DNA of 64,000 nucleotides from Octopus vulgaris. Taxonomy: Eukaryota. The stretch is taken from positions 30,876,001 through 30,940,000 of the forward strand of contig OX597833.1 in NCBI GenBank assembly GCA_951406725.2. Direction: 5' to 3'. A model generated the notes under the pieces. It was given only the letters and a program-made list of their open reading frames with translations. It was not told where the DNA came from and made no database searches. The translations under genes were made by a program, and so were the position numbers. Positions 38,267 to 52,340 of this stretch are shown here, piece after piece. Position 1 is the first letter of the stretch. Every line of letters starts with the position of its first letter.

Positions 38267-38827
38267 GTAAGGAAACAATTCTATAAAGAAACAACAGCTA
38301 AGGGGTATGTCCTGTTAACCCCCTTTTTTAAAGGCTTCTTTTTGTTATTATATGAGCATTTTTTAGAACCATAAATCTATCCTCAAATACTGTTCACACC
38401 CTATATTTACTTTGTTCATGGTATTTTTATGTTTTTATTTAGCACTTTTTATGCATGTATGTATCTGTGTGCGTTTATATGAGTATATATGTCTCTATAA
38501 AAATGTGTATATGCTGTGTGTGGACATGTGTGTGTGTGTGTACACTATGCTTGTATAATAAATACATGTGTGACTGTATCAGTATGTAGATTTGCTGGCA
38601 TGTATGTTTGCACTTAAGTTTTATGGCACCATTTCACTCCAAAATGATCACCAAAACAATTTCTTTACTCTTGATCTACTTAATTCTCCTTTCCCCCTTT
38701 TTTTATATACACATATGTGTATGTGCATGTATGTATGAATATATGTGCATGGATACATATGTATGTGTTTTTTTGTTTCTGTGTGTGTGTATATGTGTAT
38801 AAATATATGTGTGTGCATGTTTATGTG

Positions 38828-38858
<31 letters not shown>

Positions 38859-39059
38859 GTGTGTATGCATGTTTATATAGGTGTATGTTTGTAGTTAAAT
38901 TGCCTTACTTACACAATAGACAACAAACTCTAAAATGTCAGTTTCAAAACTGCATTTAAGTGAGAAACTCCTGTCAGAGTCACCTTTTGTAAACACCTAA
39001 TATCCTATAGACATCTAATTATTAAAGTAGAAAAATTATCAGAAAAGCCATTTCTATTC

Positions 39060-39320
39060 ATATTTTCATGTGTGTATAGGTAGCGTTTGTGTATAGGTAG
39101 TCTTGCCAAACATGTCTGGCATTTAAAAGAAAATGATACTCGTCCTTTCAATATCAGCTGGTTGATCTTTGAGAAAACCACACCATATATGCACAGAGCA
39201 TATAGATGCCTTATGAGATGCAACTTGTTCTTGACCAAAAAACTTTTTATGCTGTTCCAGGATAAATATGCATTGAACCAAAGACAGGAGCTTTTGAATT
39301 CCTGTAGACAGGTATAAATT
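39060..39320 (+). mobile_element. Penelope-like GIY-YIG C-terminal fragment
   Basis: SLAKHVWHLKE..NISW..CNL..LNQRQELLNSCR. Confidence 0.65.
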
Positions 39321-39564
39321 GTTGTCTGATAAAATACCATATAGATGATAATAATAATATTTAACTTTCGCATTTGATTTTGTCTTTACCACCTAAAGGC
39401 AGGCATCATTTTGTATAATCTTGCCGTTACTTGTTACATTTTTCAACCTTCAAGAAAACCTTTGACTGTTTACTAACTGTTCCTTTTAAATGCACCTTTT
39501 TGAGTCATTTGATTGTTACAGTGCAATTTAGCCCATTATGAAGTTGGTGGGTTCCCTCTGACAA

Positions 39565-40095
39565 ATATCAAGGAGTGATGTTTGTAGAGGCCACAGCCCA
39601 TGGAGAATTATCCCATAGATTTAGGAAAGCTCTGAAGGAGACCAGACTCAACATTAAGATTGCTGAAAGGCCAGGAAACTCTTTCAGATCACAACTATGT
39701 AGGATGTACCCCTTTGAGAATACCATATGCACTAATGATAACTTAATGGTATGTAGGATTAACCCTGGCATTAACTGTAGAACTAGAAATGTAGTCTACA
39801 GCATAAGATGCATAGGTGCTTCTAAAGACATGAACATGACATACATAGGGGAGACATCTAGGAGCATTATGGAAAAACTAAATGAACATTTGAGACTATA
39901 TGACAACAAAAATCAGTCCTCCATATTCTACAGTGAGAGGAAGTAGAACAGTCTATAATTGCTGGAGGCAGCCTGGGTCAACTTGACATCTGCATTTTAT
40001 CCAAGCACCCAAAGGACCTAACCCTCAGACAAATACAGAAGTAAGTCCTCATAAATGAAACATCCCCAGTTCTAAATAGTAAATATACATAAGAA
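39565..40095 (+). mobile_element. Penelope-like GIY-YIG endonuclease fragment
   Basis: CRTRNVVYSIRC..TYIGETSRS..NEH. Confidence 0.8.
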
Positions 40096-41382
40096 GTGAT
40101 CATACCCCATACCCACAGTTTATATTTATATACAGATAGAATATTTAGTGGGCTGTTATGTAGATGTATGTGTGTGTATATGCACATGTATGTAGGCAAA
40201 TGGATATGAATGTAAACAGATAGACATACAGACGGGTAGGTACATAGGTTATATAAAGAGACAAGCACACATACTCACACACATAAGCAAATGAAGACTG
40301 AAACACATGACCATACACACACACTTCACTTCACATAAGGAGACACACATCCATACATACAGACACAGTACATAGTTACAAAAGCCCATATACACACACA
40401 CACACACTCAAATATGCACACACAAGGAGACAGAGATACACACACGCACATATACAAACACACATACATACATAAAAACACATAAACACAAACACATGAA
40501 TATGCAGAATACATACAAAAAGGTTGCAAGGCACAATGAAAATTTTAGGAAAAATAAATAAGTAAATGAGTGGAAATCAAACTGGTGTGTGTATTAAATA
40601 ATAAGGCACTAAAAGAGAATGACTCTCCCCAGAGACAACAAAATATGCTTCAACACACAAGCTCACATAAAGAATCTTGCAAACCAAATCCAAAAACGAA
40701 ATACATACACACACACAGATGCCCATTTTTCCACCCTGAAGACAGGGGCCAGTCTTACGATAATGTTTATATGCATCCACCACTGGTTGCATATCAATGA
40801 TCTTTTGCATACTCCATCTCCCAACTTTTCAACTATTAGGTAATTCCAGAAACAGCTGTGAGACCATGATGTCACCTCTTAGTTTTTTTGTATTTCTTGT
40901 ACTCCGTGTAAATTTGTTCTGTAAATATATGAATATCTATATGCTTATACACGAATGTTCATCTTCTGAATATTTTCAGTTTTTGTTTCTCTCTATATAT
41001 ATCCCTGTATATTAAGATGTACATATGTATGTATATTTCATATTTTATATATCAAGCCCAAGTGTGTTTTCTATCCACTCATTGTAGACTACAAATAAAA
41101 TATTTGTCAATCATTCTAATCATCTTGTTATCTATATAGCTCTTTGTCTATCTTTCAATCTTTCCATTTTCTCTCTCTCACCCTCTCTTTCTCTCTCTCT
41201 CTCTCAGTTTGTAAATTCTGTTACGTTTGTATACCATTATGGGCAAAGACCTTCATTATAGAAAATTGTTTTTAATCTTTACTAGCAGAGATACCTGACG
41301 TTGCCCGGTTACATTCAATAGAAGAATTAGATTTTTCTGTTATATATATATATATGGATACACACACACACAAATATATGTA

Positions 41383-41890
41383 TCTCTTATTATAAAAGGC
41401 AGATTTTATCTGCCTCCCTTTGGGAGTTATACAAATCTACAATATAGGATTTCTTCAATTACAATTTACCTTGCATTTTTAAGAGTACAATGCATCGCGT
41501 CATGCCAGGTCCAGTTTTTAAAATTTAAACTCCAGTTAAGCAAAATTTACAGAAAACTCACATTCTGGTGTGTGTGTCAAATGCTTTTCTTAGTCTGGTT
41601 TACAGCACACGCAAACGCACACACACAGTGGGCAACGAATAAAATGAAAGTAATTGACTTACTGTAGTGAGTGATTCTTTCACTCTGCCTCCCACTTCCT
41701 CTTTCCACACAGACACGCAAATATATAAATAAAATTGTAAGCTAACGTGCATGTGTGTGAGTGGGTGTGTGTGGGTGTGCGCGTGTTTGTGTGTGTGAGG
41801 GTGCGTGTGTGTGTGCGTGTGCGTGAGTGTGTGTGACAGGAAAGTTTTTTTACGACGAATATAACACCTATATCCAAGTAGTAGAAAGAT
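41383..41890 (+). mobile_element. Helitron 5' portion
   Basis: tctcttattataaaaggcag start; reverse complement of about 22140-22639. Confidence 0.8.
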
Positions 41891-42368
41891 AAGACAGTAA
41901 GGTGTGATTTGAGGGAGATTTGGCTGCTATTTCTACCATGTCTAGCTGCCATGTAGGGGTCTCCCTCATAGGCTCATACATACATATATACATAGATAAG
42001 ACAGTAAGGTGTGATTTGGGGGAAATTTGGCTGCTATTTCTACCAGGTCTAGCTGCCATGTAGGGGTCTCCCTCATAGGCTCATACATACATATATACAT
42101 AGATAAGACAGTAAGGTGTGATTTGGGGGAAATTTGGCTGCTATTTCTACCAGGTCTAGCTGCCATGTAGGGGTCTCCCTCATAGGCTCATACATACATA
42201 TATACATAGATAAGACAGTAAGGTGTGATTTGGGGGAAATTTGGCTGCTATTTCTACCAGGTCTAGCTACCATGTAGAGGTCCCCCTCATTGGCTCATAT
42301 ATATATACATACATAAGACAGTAAGGTGTGATTTGAGGGAGATTTGGCTGCTGTTTCTACCAGGTCTG
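41888..42368. repeat. 107 bp tandem repeat, about 4.5 copies
   Basis: Unit ataagacagtaaggtgtgattt...ggctcatacatacat; ORFs recur at 107 bp spacing. Confidence 0.95.
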
Positions 42369-42730
42369 TTAGGCCTTCTCATGTAAACTCAAGCTTTCTC
42401 ATGCCTTCAACATATGACCAAAGCAGAGAATGTATTCTTTTATTCTTCTGCTTTTTCCAGCCATTGGTCTGTGGCCATGCTGGGGCAATGCCTTGAAGAA
42501 TTGTAGTTTAATGAATCAACTCCAGTTTTATTTTTGTAAGCATTGTACTTATTCTATGTTTCCTTTGTCAAACCACTAGGTGACAGGGATGTAAACAAAC
42601 CAACATTCATTGTCAAGCAGTGGTGGAGGACAATCACAAGCACAGACACGCACACACACACACATACATGCATACACATATACACACATACATACATACA
42701 TACATATATATATATGTGTGTATATATATA

Positions 42731-42989
42731 TTGCAGCGTGGAAGGTGTTTGTAAGCCATTTAAGAAACACACAAAAACCGTTACATTCACTTTAACATTT
42801 AAATTTAATTTGCCAAAATATTTTCGTCGCTTTCAGACCGCGACCTGTTCACTGACAAAAATATCGTGCTAACAGGTCGCGGTCTCAAAGCGACGAAAAT
42901 ATTTTCACAAATTAAATTTAAATGTTGAAGTGAATCTAACGGTTTTTGTGTGTTTCTTAAATGGCTTATAAACACCTTCAACGCTGCAA
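42731..42989. repeat. Inverted pair of pLTR-like repeats (42731-42849 versus 42871-42989)
   Basis: ttgcagcg.gaaggtgttt versus aaacaccttc.acgctgcaa; same family as 7190-7385. Confidence 0.9.
42809..42859 (-). ncRNA. Second G3:C8 hammerhead-like motif
   Basis: Reverse complement reads tttgtca-GTGAACA-g-gtcgc ggtctgaaa gcgac-GAAA-atat-TT-tggcaaa. Confidence 0.6.
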
Positions 42990-43079
42990 CTGTTTTCGTT
43001 CCAGCACACGATCTCAGATCAAGTCACTTGCTATGCAAGTACATCTCTGTAACTATATATATATTCATTTATATATATA

Positions 43080-44645
43080 CTAGCAGTATCGCCCGGCGTT
43101 GCTCGGGTTTGTAAGGGAAATAACTATATAAGCATTTTTAGAGAGTTATAGCCAAAAAATAGCCAAAAAATGCATTAAAAATTGAAAAAAAATTAAGGTA
43201 AATTTTTTTTAAATCGTTGACACATCGTAGATATTTTTAGAGAGTTACTTCCCTTATATAAAAGCGAAAAAAATGCATTAAAATGGAAAAATATGATGGT
43301 AAATTTTTTTTAAATCGTAGACTCATCGTAAACGCACGCTAATACCCAGAAGGGCTCGATATGAATCACGACTATAAGATACCCGCTTTTGGTTAAACTG
43401 CACCGCAAAATGTGGGAGTAGTTAGGAATCTAAATCATAGGAGACAGACACACAACTTCACTCTTATATAAAGATGCTTTTTTTTTTTCAGTCATAGAGT
43501 TAGATTTATGAAGGTCTTCAGTAGAAAATCCTTCGAATTCTGACTCGCTGCTTGATATAATGAAATTCGTATCCATTTTTTGTCAGAATTACAAATTTTG
43601 AAAACACAATAGGAACAAATTTCGGAAAAAAATCTCCCATAATTCACGGAATTAAAATTACACTTCGATTTTTGTACAAAACTGTAGTTGAAGTGTTTAC
43701 GAAGTATAATACGTGTTTTCACGAATGTACTAAAGAGATTTGCTCTGATATTCTCATTTAAATATGAATAGGTAAATTCGGGCGGCTTGGTAACTATATA
43801 TAAGTGTCGTCTGTTTATACATAAACACTGTTTCATACTGCAATTATATATACATATATCTATATATAATATTATATAATAAAATATATACAGAGTAAAA
43901 TAAAAAGCAATTTACCTTTTCTGTCCGTCCGTGTGTCTTTGCAAATGTGTTGGAATGATAAGTGAGTTGAGTTTTGGCGCCTTTTTTACTAATAACAAAC
44001 ACACACGTGTTTGTATGTAGTTGTATGTGTATGTAGTTGTATGTAGTTGTATATGTATGTGTATGCGTGTGTGTGAGGAATGACACACACACACTCACGC
44101 ACGCACACATGTACATCAATGCTTTCGGAGTGATAGGTTAAAATATTGAGTTTTCTCGAATTTTGTCTTAATTGGTGGTAAAATTGAAAGAAATTTTTTA
44201 TGGCATCACCCACTGAAGTACTCTGAAAAATCTTAGTTAAATTCTAATTGAAGAAATTGTGTGAGGAGTAAATGGTTATGTATTTATTTGTTTCTGTTTG
44301 CTGTGTTTTTTTATTTTTTGAGTAGTGGTTAAAATACTTTCAGTTTAGTCTTCCTCAAATCACTCTGTCGCTATTTACTTTCATTTTATTCGTTGCCCAC
44401 TGTGTGCGTGCGTTTGCGTGTGGTGTAAACCAGACTAAGAAAAGCATGTGACACACACACCAGAATGTGAGTTTTCTGTAAATTTTGCTTAATTGGAGTT
44501 TAAATTTTAAAAACTGGACCTGGCATGACGCGATGCATTGTACTCTTAAAAATGCTAGGTAAATTGTAATTGAAGAAATCCTATATTGTAGATTTGTATA
44601 ACTCCCAAAGGGAGGCAGATAAAATCTGCCTTTTATAATAAGAGA
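43080..44645 (-). mobile_element. Non-autonomous composite Helitron
   Basis: Same termini and body as 1924-3086 with an additional internal segment. Confidence 0.85.
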
Positions 44646-44723
44646 TATATATATGTATATTGGTAAAAACAGTAAGATAACAAAAGAAAGAAAGAGACCT
44701 CAATATTATGTAAATAGAGGAAA

Positions 44724-45118
44724 TCTTTATATATAAAAGTGAGGTTGTGTGTCTGTCTCCTACGATTTAGATTCCTAACTACTCCCACATTTTGCGGTGC
44801 AGTTTAACCAAAACCGGGTATCTTATAGTCGTGATTCATATCGAGACCGTCTGGGTATTAGCGCGCGTCTACGATGAGTCTACGATTTAAAAAAAAAATT
44901 TACCATCAATTTTTCCCATTTTTAATCCATTTTTGACATATATAAGGAAGTAACTCTCTAAAATTTATTATTAAATCTCAGAACGTAAAAAGCTACAGTA
45001 ACACCCCTCCCCCTTTGTGGTTAGCCATATTGAGATGGCTATTATACTTTACATCTCTAAAAATGCTTATATAATTATTTCCCTTACAAACCCGAGCAAC
45101 GCCGGGCGATACTGCTAG
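44724..45118 (+). mobile_element. Short (~395 bp) non-autonomous Helitron
   Basis: a|TCTTTATATATAAAAG...cccgagcaacgccgggcgatactgCTAG|t. Confidence 0.88.
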
Positions 45119-45199
45119 TATTAATATAAATACATGAAAGTACATGAAGTTTGTTAAAAAAAAGGGGATCATGTATATACCTCCTGGCTGTTGAGATTA

Positions 45200-46905
45200 T
45201 AACACCTCGTTGTAAACAATGTTTCTTGTTTTTCCTTGTGGAGCATATACAAAAAGGTTTCTTTTGGTTCCTACTCTTGAGCAGCAAACATACAGTTGCC
45301 TATGCGAGAAGCAGGGCTCTTTCAAGAGAAGACCAGCTACAGAGTGGGTTTGACCCTGAGATTTGTTAATGGACATGGCAAAGCTGATACGAAGGGGGAT
45401 TGCAGTCTTCTGAATGTAAATGAAATTTCTGCTCCTGATGGAGTAAGAGGAAATCTTGGAATGAAGACGTCATCACCTTTTCCACATCCAGAAAGAATGA
45501 TCGCCTCGATAACGTGTGATATCATTTTCTTTATCACCAGTCGTGTTCCATTGCAAAGTCTTGGTGGTCCCAGATTGCGGAGTAGCATTACAGGAGTTCC
45601 AACTTTAAGTGGTAATATGTGTGGAGGTAGTCCAGGAGGCTCCAGTGAATTGAGAAATTCAGGAGGATAGTTCACAACTTCATTTATATCTGGAATTGTA
45701 TCAACAGACTTGTAAGTGTGTATAGTGCCGGGAAGAGAATGCATTAGCTGTTGATTACTTTTGTTAACAGCGACGTTTTTTGGAGCTAATATTGCTCTTT
45801 CACACAGCCAATTGTGATTTTGGTAGTTTTATGTGAAGTTGGGAAAGACTTTGTTTTTGAGGTCATCTACAGAATTAACAACAGAGGAAAATGACCACAC
45901 TTCCATTTGTCCTGCAGCATCAAGAGGCATCTTGCCTTCACCAAGTGTCAAAAGGTCCTGTGCAAACTTTGTGGACATTTTGTCGCCGTGTAGCTGAGCT
46001 CTCATGTTAGTGGTGAGACTAAAGATTGTAACATGATGCCACAGGGTAGAGGACTTTAGGCATGCTTGAACTTCATCAGCTCTAGTGCCTTTCGGAATGA
46101 CAGGAAGCATTTGCCTGAAATCACCTGACAACAGAAGCGTTACACCTACCATTGGAGCCTGACAGTCTCGGATGTCTTTCAGGGCTCTATCTAATGCTTC
46201 CAAAGCTCCCTTGTGAGCCATAGTGCACTCATCCCAGACAATTAGATGACACATTTTAAGTACTTGTCCCTGATCTGAGCTTTTGTTGATGTTGCATGAA
46301 GGCATTTCGGATGCTGCTAAATTGAGAGGGAGTTTAAAAGTTGAGTGTGCTGTCCTGCCACCAGGTAACAAAGTAGCTGCAATGCCAGTGGAGGCTACAG
46401 CTACTGCAATGTCCTGATGCTACCTAACTTCTGCAAGGAGAAGCTTTGTAATAAATGTTTTTCCTGTCCCTCCAGGAGCATCGAGGAAGAAGATTCGTCC
46501 CTCGCGTTGGCGTACACTGTTAAGAATAGTTCTGTAGGCCTGCAGCTGGTCCGGAAGTAATTTAGGCTCATTTTCAACAATGTACTTTGAAAGCGCTTGA
46601 GTGTCGTAGGTTGTTTCACGAATGACAACAGTGGGAAGGCTATTTGACCCTGACCTGAATGCTTGTGGCAGGCCATACGTCGACAATTCATTTCCACCCA
46701 GTTTAGCAATTCTGTCTTCAACGTCAATGAGTGTTTTGTTATAGATTTCATTGCTGATACCCTCCATGTCAGGATAGAGTAGTTGAGCTTGGCGCTGAAA
46801 CGGACAATGTTTTTGAGATTCCGGTTCGAATGTAAGGCAGGTTTGAAAGTGTTCCCAACAGTTATTAGTTGTAGTGATAGAGTGTTTATGCCGAATATGT
46901 ACGTA
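45200..46905 (-). pseudogene. Helitron RepHel PIF1 helicase domain, disrupted
   Basis: FFLDAPGGTGKTF (Walker A), [33 protein letters not shown]; several frameshifts. Confidence 0.92.
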
Positions 46906-46944
46906 TGCATGTATATATATGTATGTATGCCTGTATATATGTAC

Positions 46945-47078
46945 AAAATCCACTGAGAAGGCTTTTGTTGGTCTGAAGCTACAGCAGAAGACACATGCCA
47001 AGTTACCACACAGTGGGACTGAACCCAGGACCATGTGTTTGCAACGTAGTTTGTTACCACACAGCCACACCTGCCCCT
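46945..47078 (-). mobile_element. tRNA-headed SINE fragment
   Basis: cagtgggactgaacccaggaccatgtg...ttaccacacagccac. Confidence 0.7.
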
Positions 47079-47656
47079 ATGTGTGTGTGTGTGTATGCGT
47101 ATGTGTGTATGGGTAGATATATTATGCATGTATATATGTGTACATATTACATGTACATCTATATATATACATCTACACCTAAAATACAAAATACAAAGTT
47201 ATATCTTGATATCGCTAGTGATAACAATACTCAAAATATATAACAGACTGGAATTGTAGGCCCGTCTCTTGCAATTTTGATCAATTTTTATATTTTAGAA
47301 TTGTATTAAAAAGGAACATGGGAACAGGCAGAGAAAATCTGCCTTTTATCATAAGAGATAGGAGCACTGAGTATATAGTTCTGTTTTCTAACATATGACC
47401 TTACTCAGTCATCAGTACTTCTGTTTCTATTACAAGCTTATCTGATTTCAAGAAGTGATTTTTGCCAATGCATAATAATGCTAATTTTCTCATTAGTTTG
47501 TCAGTTTCTGCTTCTCAAGATGTCTGCTTATCTATATGTCTTTCTATCTTTACCTAAATAGATGGCTTGCCTGCTCATCAGTGTGATAAGCTATCATTAA
47601 CTCATGTTATTTTAAAACCCATATGATATTTTACAAATTGTTTAATACCATTACAG

Positions 47657-47806
47657 GGCTGCCTGGTACCAGTGAAGACAATCATACCCAAAGGTAGTAT
47701 TCTTGACCCATCAGAAACAGCTGCAGTTGTTGGTGGTAATGTCCTCACCTCCCAGAGAATTGTAGATGTCATTCTAAAAGCTTTTCAAATATGTGCTGCT
47801 TCTCAG
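47657..47806 (+). CDS. OPLAH: 5-oxoprolinase exon ([50 protein letters not shown])
   Basis: ttacag|...|gtaact boundaries; [13 protein letters not shown] motif. Confidence 0.97.
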
Positions 47807-48373
47807 GTAACTGCAATCATATGTATTGTGTTAAATTAGTGGTTTTTGTTTTTATAGTGTAGTGTAGCTGTTGTTTGTACACTGCCACTGTTATTTCTAC
47901 ACTATTGTTATACTTCTGTTTCTATGCTGTTATACTACTGTTTCTAAACTGAGTACTACTATTTCTACAGTAGTACTGGTGTTTCTACACTGTGTATTGC
48001 TGTTTCTACACTACTGCTGCTATGCTGTGTATACTGCTGTTTCTATAACTTTATATATTTTTCCTTCACTCATATGCTGCTTACACTGCCATGTGTGTTT
48101 CTACACTCATCTACTGCAGTTTTTACACTGTCAGTTGCTGTTATAGCTACATTGTTGTTTCCTGCCAGTCATCTACTGCATGACTGGTATTTGTACTGTT
48201 TGTACACTGCAGTATACTATTGTTTCTCCACTTGTAAATATTGGTGCTGTTTATAAACTTTTGTATTCAGTTACACAACAAAACAACTTTGCTTCATTTG
48301 TTATGAAAAGACTTAACATACCACTTAAAACAGAATCCATTTATTTTTATAAAATGTTTTTAATCCTTTCAAG

Positions 48374-48448
48374 GGTTGTATGAACAACATAACGTTTGGA
48401 AACCAAGACATAGGGTACTACGAAACAATTGCTGGAGGTGCTGGGGCT
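48374..48448 (+). CDS. OPLAH: 5-oxoprolinase exon ([25 protein letters not shown])
   Basis: ttcaag|...|gtgagt boundaries; GCMNN and YYETIAGG motifs. Confidence 0.97.
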
Positions 48449-48539
48449 GTGAGTAATTTAAAATCTCAAGATTGTTTTGCCTTGTTCTTTACTCATTTTG
48501 TTCCACTTTTTCTGCTCTGTTAATATTTTAAACATTTTT

Positions 48540-48978
48540 TAGGTGCAAGCATAGCTGTGTGGTTAAGAAGTTTACTTCCCAACCATATGATTTTAGGTTC
48601 AGTCCTTCTGTGTGACACCTTGGACACAAGTATTTTATTATAGCCCTAAGTCAACCAGTCTTGTGAGTGAGTTTGGTGAACTGAAACTTAAATAAACTCA
48701 TTATATATGTTTGTGTGTGCATGTGCACACACACATTCATGTGTGTATGAGTGTGAGTACCCTTTTCTAGATACACATGATGGTTATAAATGAGCATCAT
48801 CATCATACAAGTGAGATTTTCCATTTCTAGTTTTCCATGAAAACACATCCAGTTATGGGAAAATATTACTTCGCTTGAAAACATGTGAGGGTTGGTAGCA
48901 GGAAGGGCATCCAGACAAAAAAATCTGCCTCAAACAAATTTCATGGAAAAGTGGACATCAAATGATGCTGATGACGAT
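48540..48978 (+). mobile_element. tRNA-headed SINE with RTE-derived 3' tail
   Basis: Head tagctgtgtgg..ggttcagtcc; tail ggaagggcatccag...gtggacatcaaatgatgctgatg. Confidence 0.7.
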
Positions 48979-50186
48979 TCTTATTAGCATTGTTTCTCTG
49001 TACTAGAATATGACTATGAAGGTTTCAGATAATCTGGTATGTTGAATATTGCACACTTAATTTTGTTTCTAACAAACAACTATTTTTTTTTTCTATATTT
49101 ATGTTGTTTAGCCTCTACTCGGCTCGGTTTCAACACATTCCAGCTGTGACCATGTAAATCTTTTTTCTTTCAATCATACATAGTATCTCTGGTACTACAT
49201 TATCCAATATGTTCTCATATGTTTTTAAGATAGGCATAATTTAAAAGATATTTGGCTGCCATTTTTTGTTGATAGAGTTACCTCATAAAGGCACCCTCAT
49301 ACTTGATTACTTATGCTGTTTTGTGGGTCAGAAGAGTAAATTAAATAGAAGTATTGTTAATGATAATAAAGGTAGGTTTACTAATTGCAAAAACTTGTTG
49401 ATGAATAAGTTCTTTTTCCTTGGTGATTAAAAATGTCATCATACCTGTCAATCTTTTATCATTCCTAGTTTTCCTCCACTCTCTCCCTTTTGCATAATTC
49501 TTAAGCAAGAATAGTTACCACATGTGTTAATTACTCCCATCCCTTGCTCTGATAAATGTTTTATTTTTGTGAATTCAAGTTACAGGATTGTAAATACAAG
49601 ACTGTTTTGCAGTTGACTTGAGGCTTCTTGTATAGATATATTTCTAGGCATGTGTTGCAAGAAATTATCTAGAAATTATATTATATTTTTCTATATCTAC
49701 TACCATCGGTAGAATTATTAGAGCATTAGACAAAATTCTTTGCAATATTAATTACAACTTCTGAGTTCAAATTCCACTGAGATAACTTTTCCTTTCATCT
49801 TCCTTGGTCAGTAAAATAAAGCACTTGTCCCAGATAGTATGTCAATAGAATTGTTAAATGGACAAATATTTTGCAGTATTTGATCTGTGACAATACTGGT
49901 GACACATGTGACAATACAGGTGATACATGTGACAAAACTGGTGCCAAACAGTACTGGCCTTTACCTTTCACTTTGATTATATTGGTGGCATATGTAAATA
50001 CATGATCAACCCTGACAAGTAGAATAAATTTTTCCAATATTGCAGCAGGCAATCAAATATACGGTAGTTTTTCCAGATTTGTTGGTAATTAAGTTAGTAA
50101 CGAATGAATAATGACAGAGATAGATAATTATGTCATGAATATTTACTAAAACATTGAGTGTAACTAAATGTACCTTTTGAACTTAC

Positions 50187-50356
50187 TCCAGACAGTGCAT
50201 CTATGACAACATCACCCAATACATTCTACTCCATTTAAAATGGTGTGGTTGAGGGACATTTGGCTACTTACTTAAGTAGCCAAATGTCCCTCAACCACAC
50301 CATTTTAAATGGAGTAGAATGTATTGGGTGATGTTGTCATAGATGCACTGTCTGGA
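50187..50356. repeat. Near-perfect palindrome, 84 bp arms, 2 nt loop
   Basis: tccagacagtgcat...gctactta-ct-taagtagc...atgcactgtctgga. Confidence 0.95.
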
Positions 50357-51286
50357 AAAAGAAAAAATTTGGGATAATTGTGGCCAGAACATCTTTGATC
50401 ATAGATCTGATCCATTAGAGCTGACCTGGGCTGAAGGCAGTGCCAATATTGTGTGAGGAGCCTCTAAAAATTTTAACCAAGTCATCCTTATACCACACCT
50501 TACCATCTGAAAAAGGAGAAAGGACCCATTGGCTAATGCAGTCATCAAATCAGTTTACAAGAAGATGGAATGATCACAACTGGAATGCTTGACTGGCATT
50601 GACTGAGTGCTAAATGACGACAACAAGCATTTAAGGAAAATGTTTTTTGATACTATTGGACATAACTATGCAATTCAGGGAAGGAGTGGTGATGTATTGA
50701 ACTTCATTCTCATAAAATTAAATTTTATTCTTAACTAGAGAAAAAAGTAAAAATTTAAGTGGCAGTTTGTTAGCAACTTCAAAAAAGAAAAAAAGGAGTT
50801 GGGGTATAATTTCAAAAAATTAAGTATTAGTTTCACAAAAAAATTTAATCATTATATGTAGGTATATAGGACCATAACATTTCTGGAAGTACTGCTTCCA
50901 ATTTCCTTAAGAGGTTTTCAATATCTTTAGATACATAATCTAAAGTTCTGGAGTGGCTTGTTCTTGGAATAAAGGAGGAATTAGTGAATAAATGAAATGT
51001 ATTTGGCTTTTCACCAATGTGTGCTTGTGTGAATGGAGGAGACATAGACTCTACAAGCTCCATGGCCTTCTTTTCTAGCAGGTCAAGCAACCATTTAGAA
51101 CTTTCTTGTTATCTTGTAGTGCTCTCTTATTAGCTTATGATGCTTCCTCATTAGCTCTTGACTGTCCTGTTTGTTTGTGAAGCAACATAGATAGCATTAA
51201 ACTAACAGCTTAATCATTCAACTGCCCAACAACAAAAGTTGCTTAATAAAATTCTTTGTTCATATTACATTGATTATATTGTTTAG

Positions 51287-51369
51287 GGTCCAGGCTGGAA
51301 TGGTCGAAGTGGAATCCACACCCATATGACTAACACAAGGATTACTGATCCAGAGATTCTAGAACGTAG
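51287..51369 (+). CDS. OPLAH: 5-oxoprolinase exon (GPGWNGRSGIHTHMTNTRITDPEILER)
   Basis: tttag|...|gtaagc boundaries; HMTNTRITDPE motif; ends in phase 2, matching the next exon. Confidence 0.97.
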
Positions 51370-52340
51370 GTAAGCCATATGTCAGTTTTTTAATCTTTTA
51401 TTCCAAGAGGGAAAGACAATGCTCGTGACCCTTTATTTTTTCTGGACTTGCAAGACTGGTTGGTATTGTTTTATATGAATTAAAGCCCTTTGCACCCTAT
51501 GGAGCATTGACCATCAACTACTTTTCTTAACTATTCTTGACTTTAGGTTGTCTTCACTTGCATCCCTGCTTTTTCCTTGAAGCTTCCATTTGGATTTTGC
51601 TGCACCACATCATATGTATCCTTGAAGGAATGCCTTCCTTTTCCCAGGTTGTGTTGGTTTTGAATTGTCATTGATGCTTCTTTAACTTTGCTTTTTTCTA
51701 AGTAGGGGTATTAATTTTATGCAAACCCATTTTTACCTCTGGCAAGAGGTGGTCCATATTAGTCTGGTTTCTTTTGTTTAATCTGTCCAGGGAGGCCCTA
51801 CCAGGAATTTCACTCCATTGGTATAACTCCCAAGATCATTAAAGCACATGAGCTATGATACCACAACAAAAATGAGACATTTTGGTGGCAGATTAGCTGG
51901 AGCAGGTGAGTTATTCTGAAATCAGAGACCTTACCTGAATGTTTGTGACAGAGTGCTAAAAGCATCCAAGGAGAAGCTGATGGTGTTAAACAGAGTGATG
52001 GATTTAAGTCTAGCACTCAAGAACTCAGAACACAAAGAGACAGAACAAATACTGCAAGGTATTTCCCAAGATGCTCTAACAATTGTACAAATCCACTACT
52101 TTATTTTAATCAATTCTGATAGGATTGATTAAAATAAGTTGACCCTAGCAGAATTTGAACTGGAAAAAAGTCCTGCAGAACTTTAGCAGCTCTACCAATT
52201 TGGTTCCATCCATTCTTTTTCAATCCTCTAACCTTAACATATATTTAATAAATCCTCCAACATATTTGGTAACCCTCCTACAAATCTGGTAATCTTCCAA
52301 CGGATCTGATAACCCATACAGATTTGCTAACACTCCAACA

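Noticed and set aside
50830-51230. Possible Penelope RT remnant on the minus strand
   Set aside because: Similarity is too weak to support without a search.
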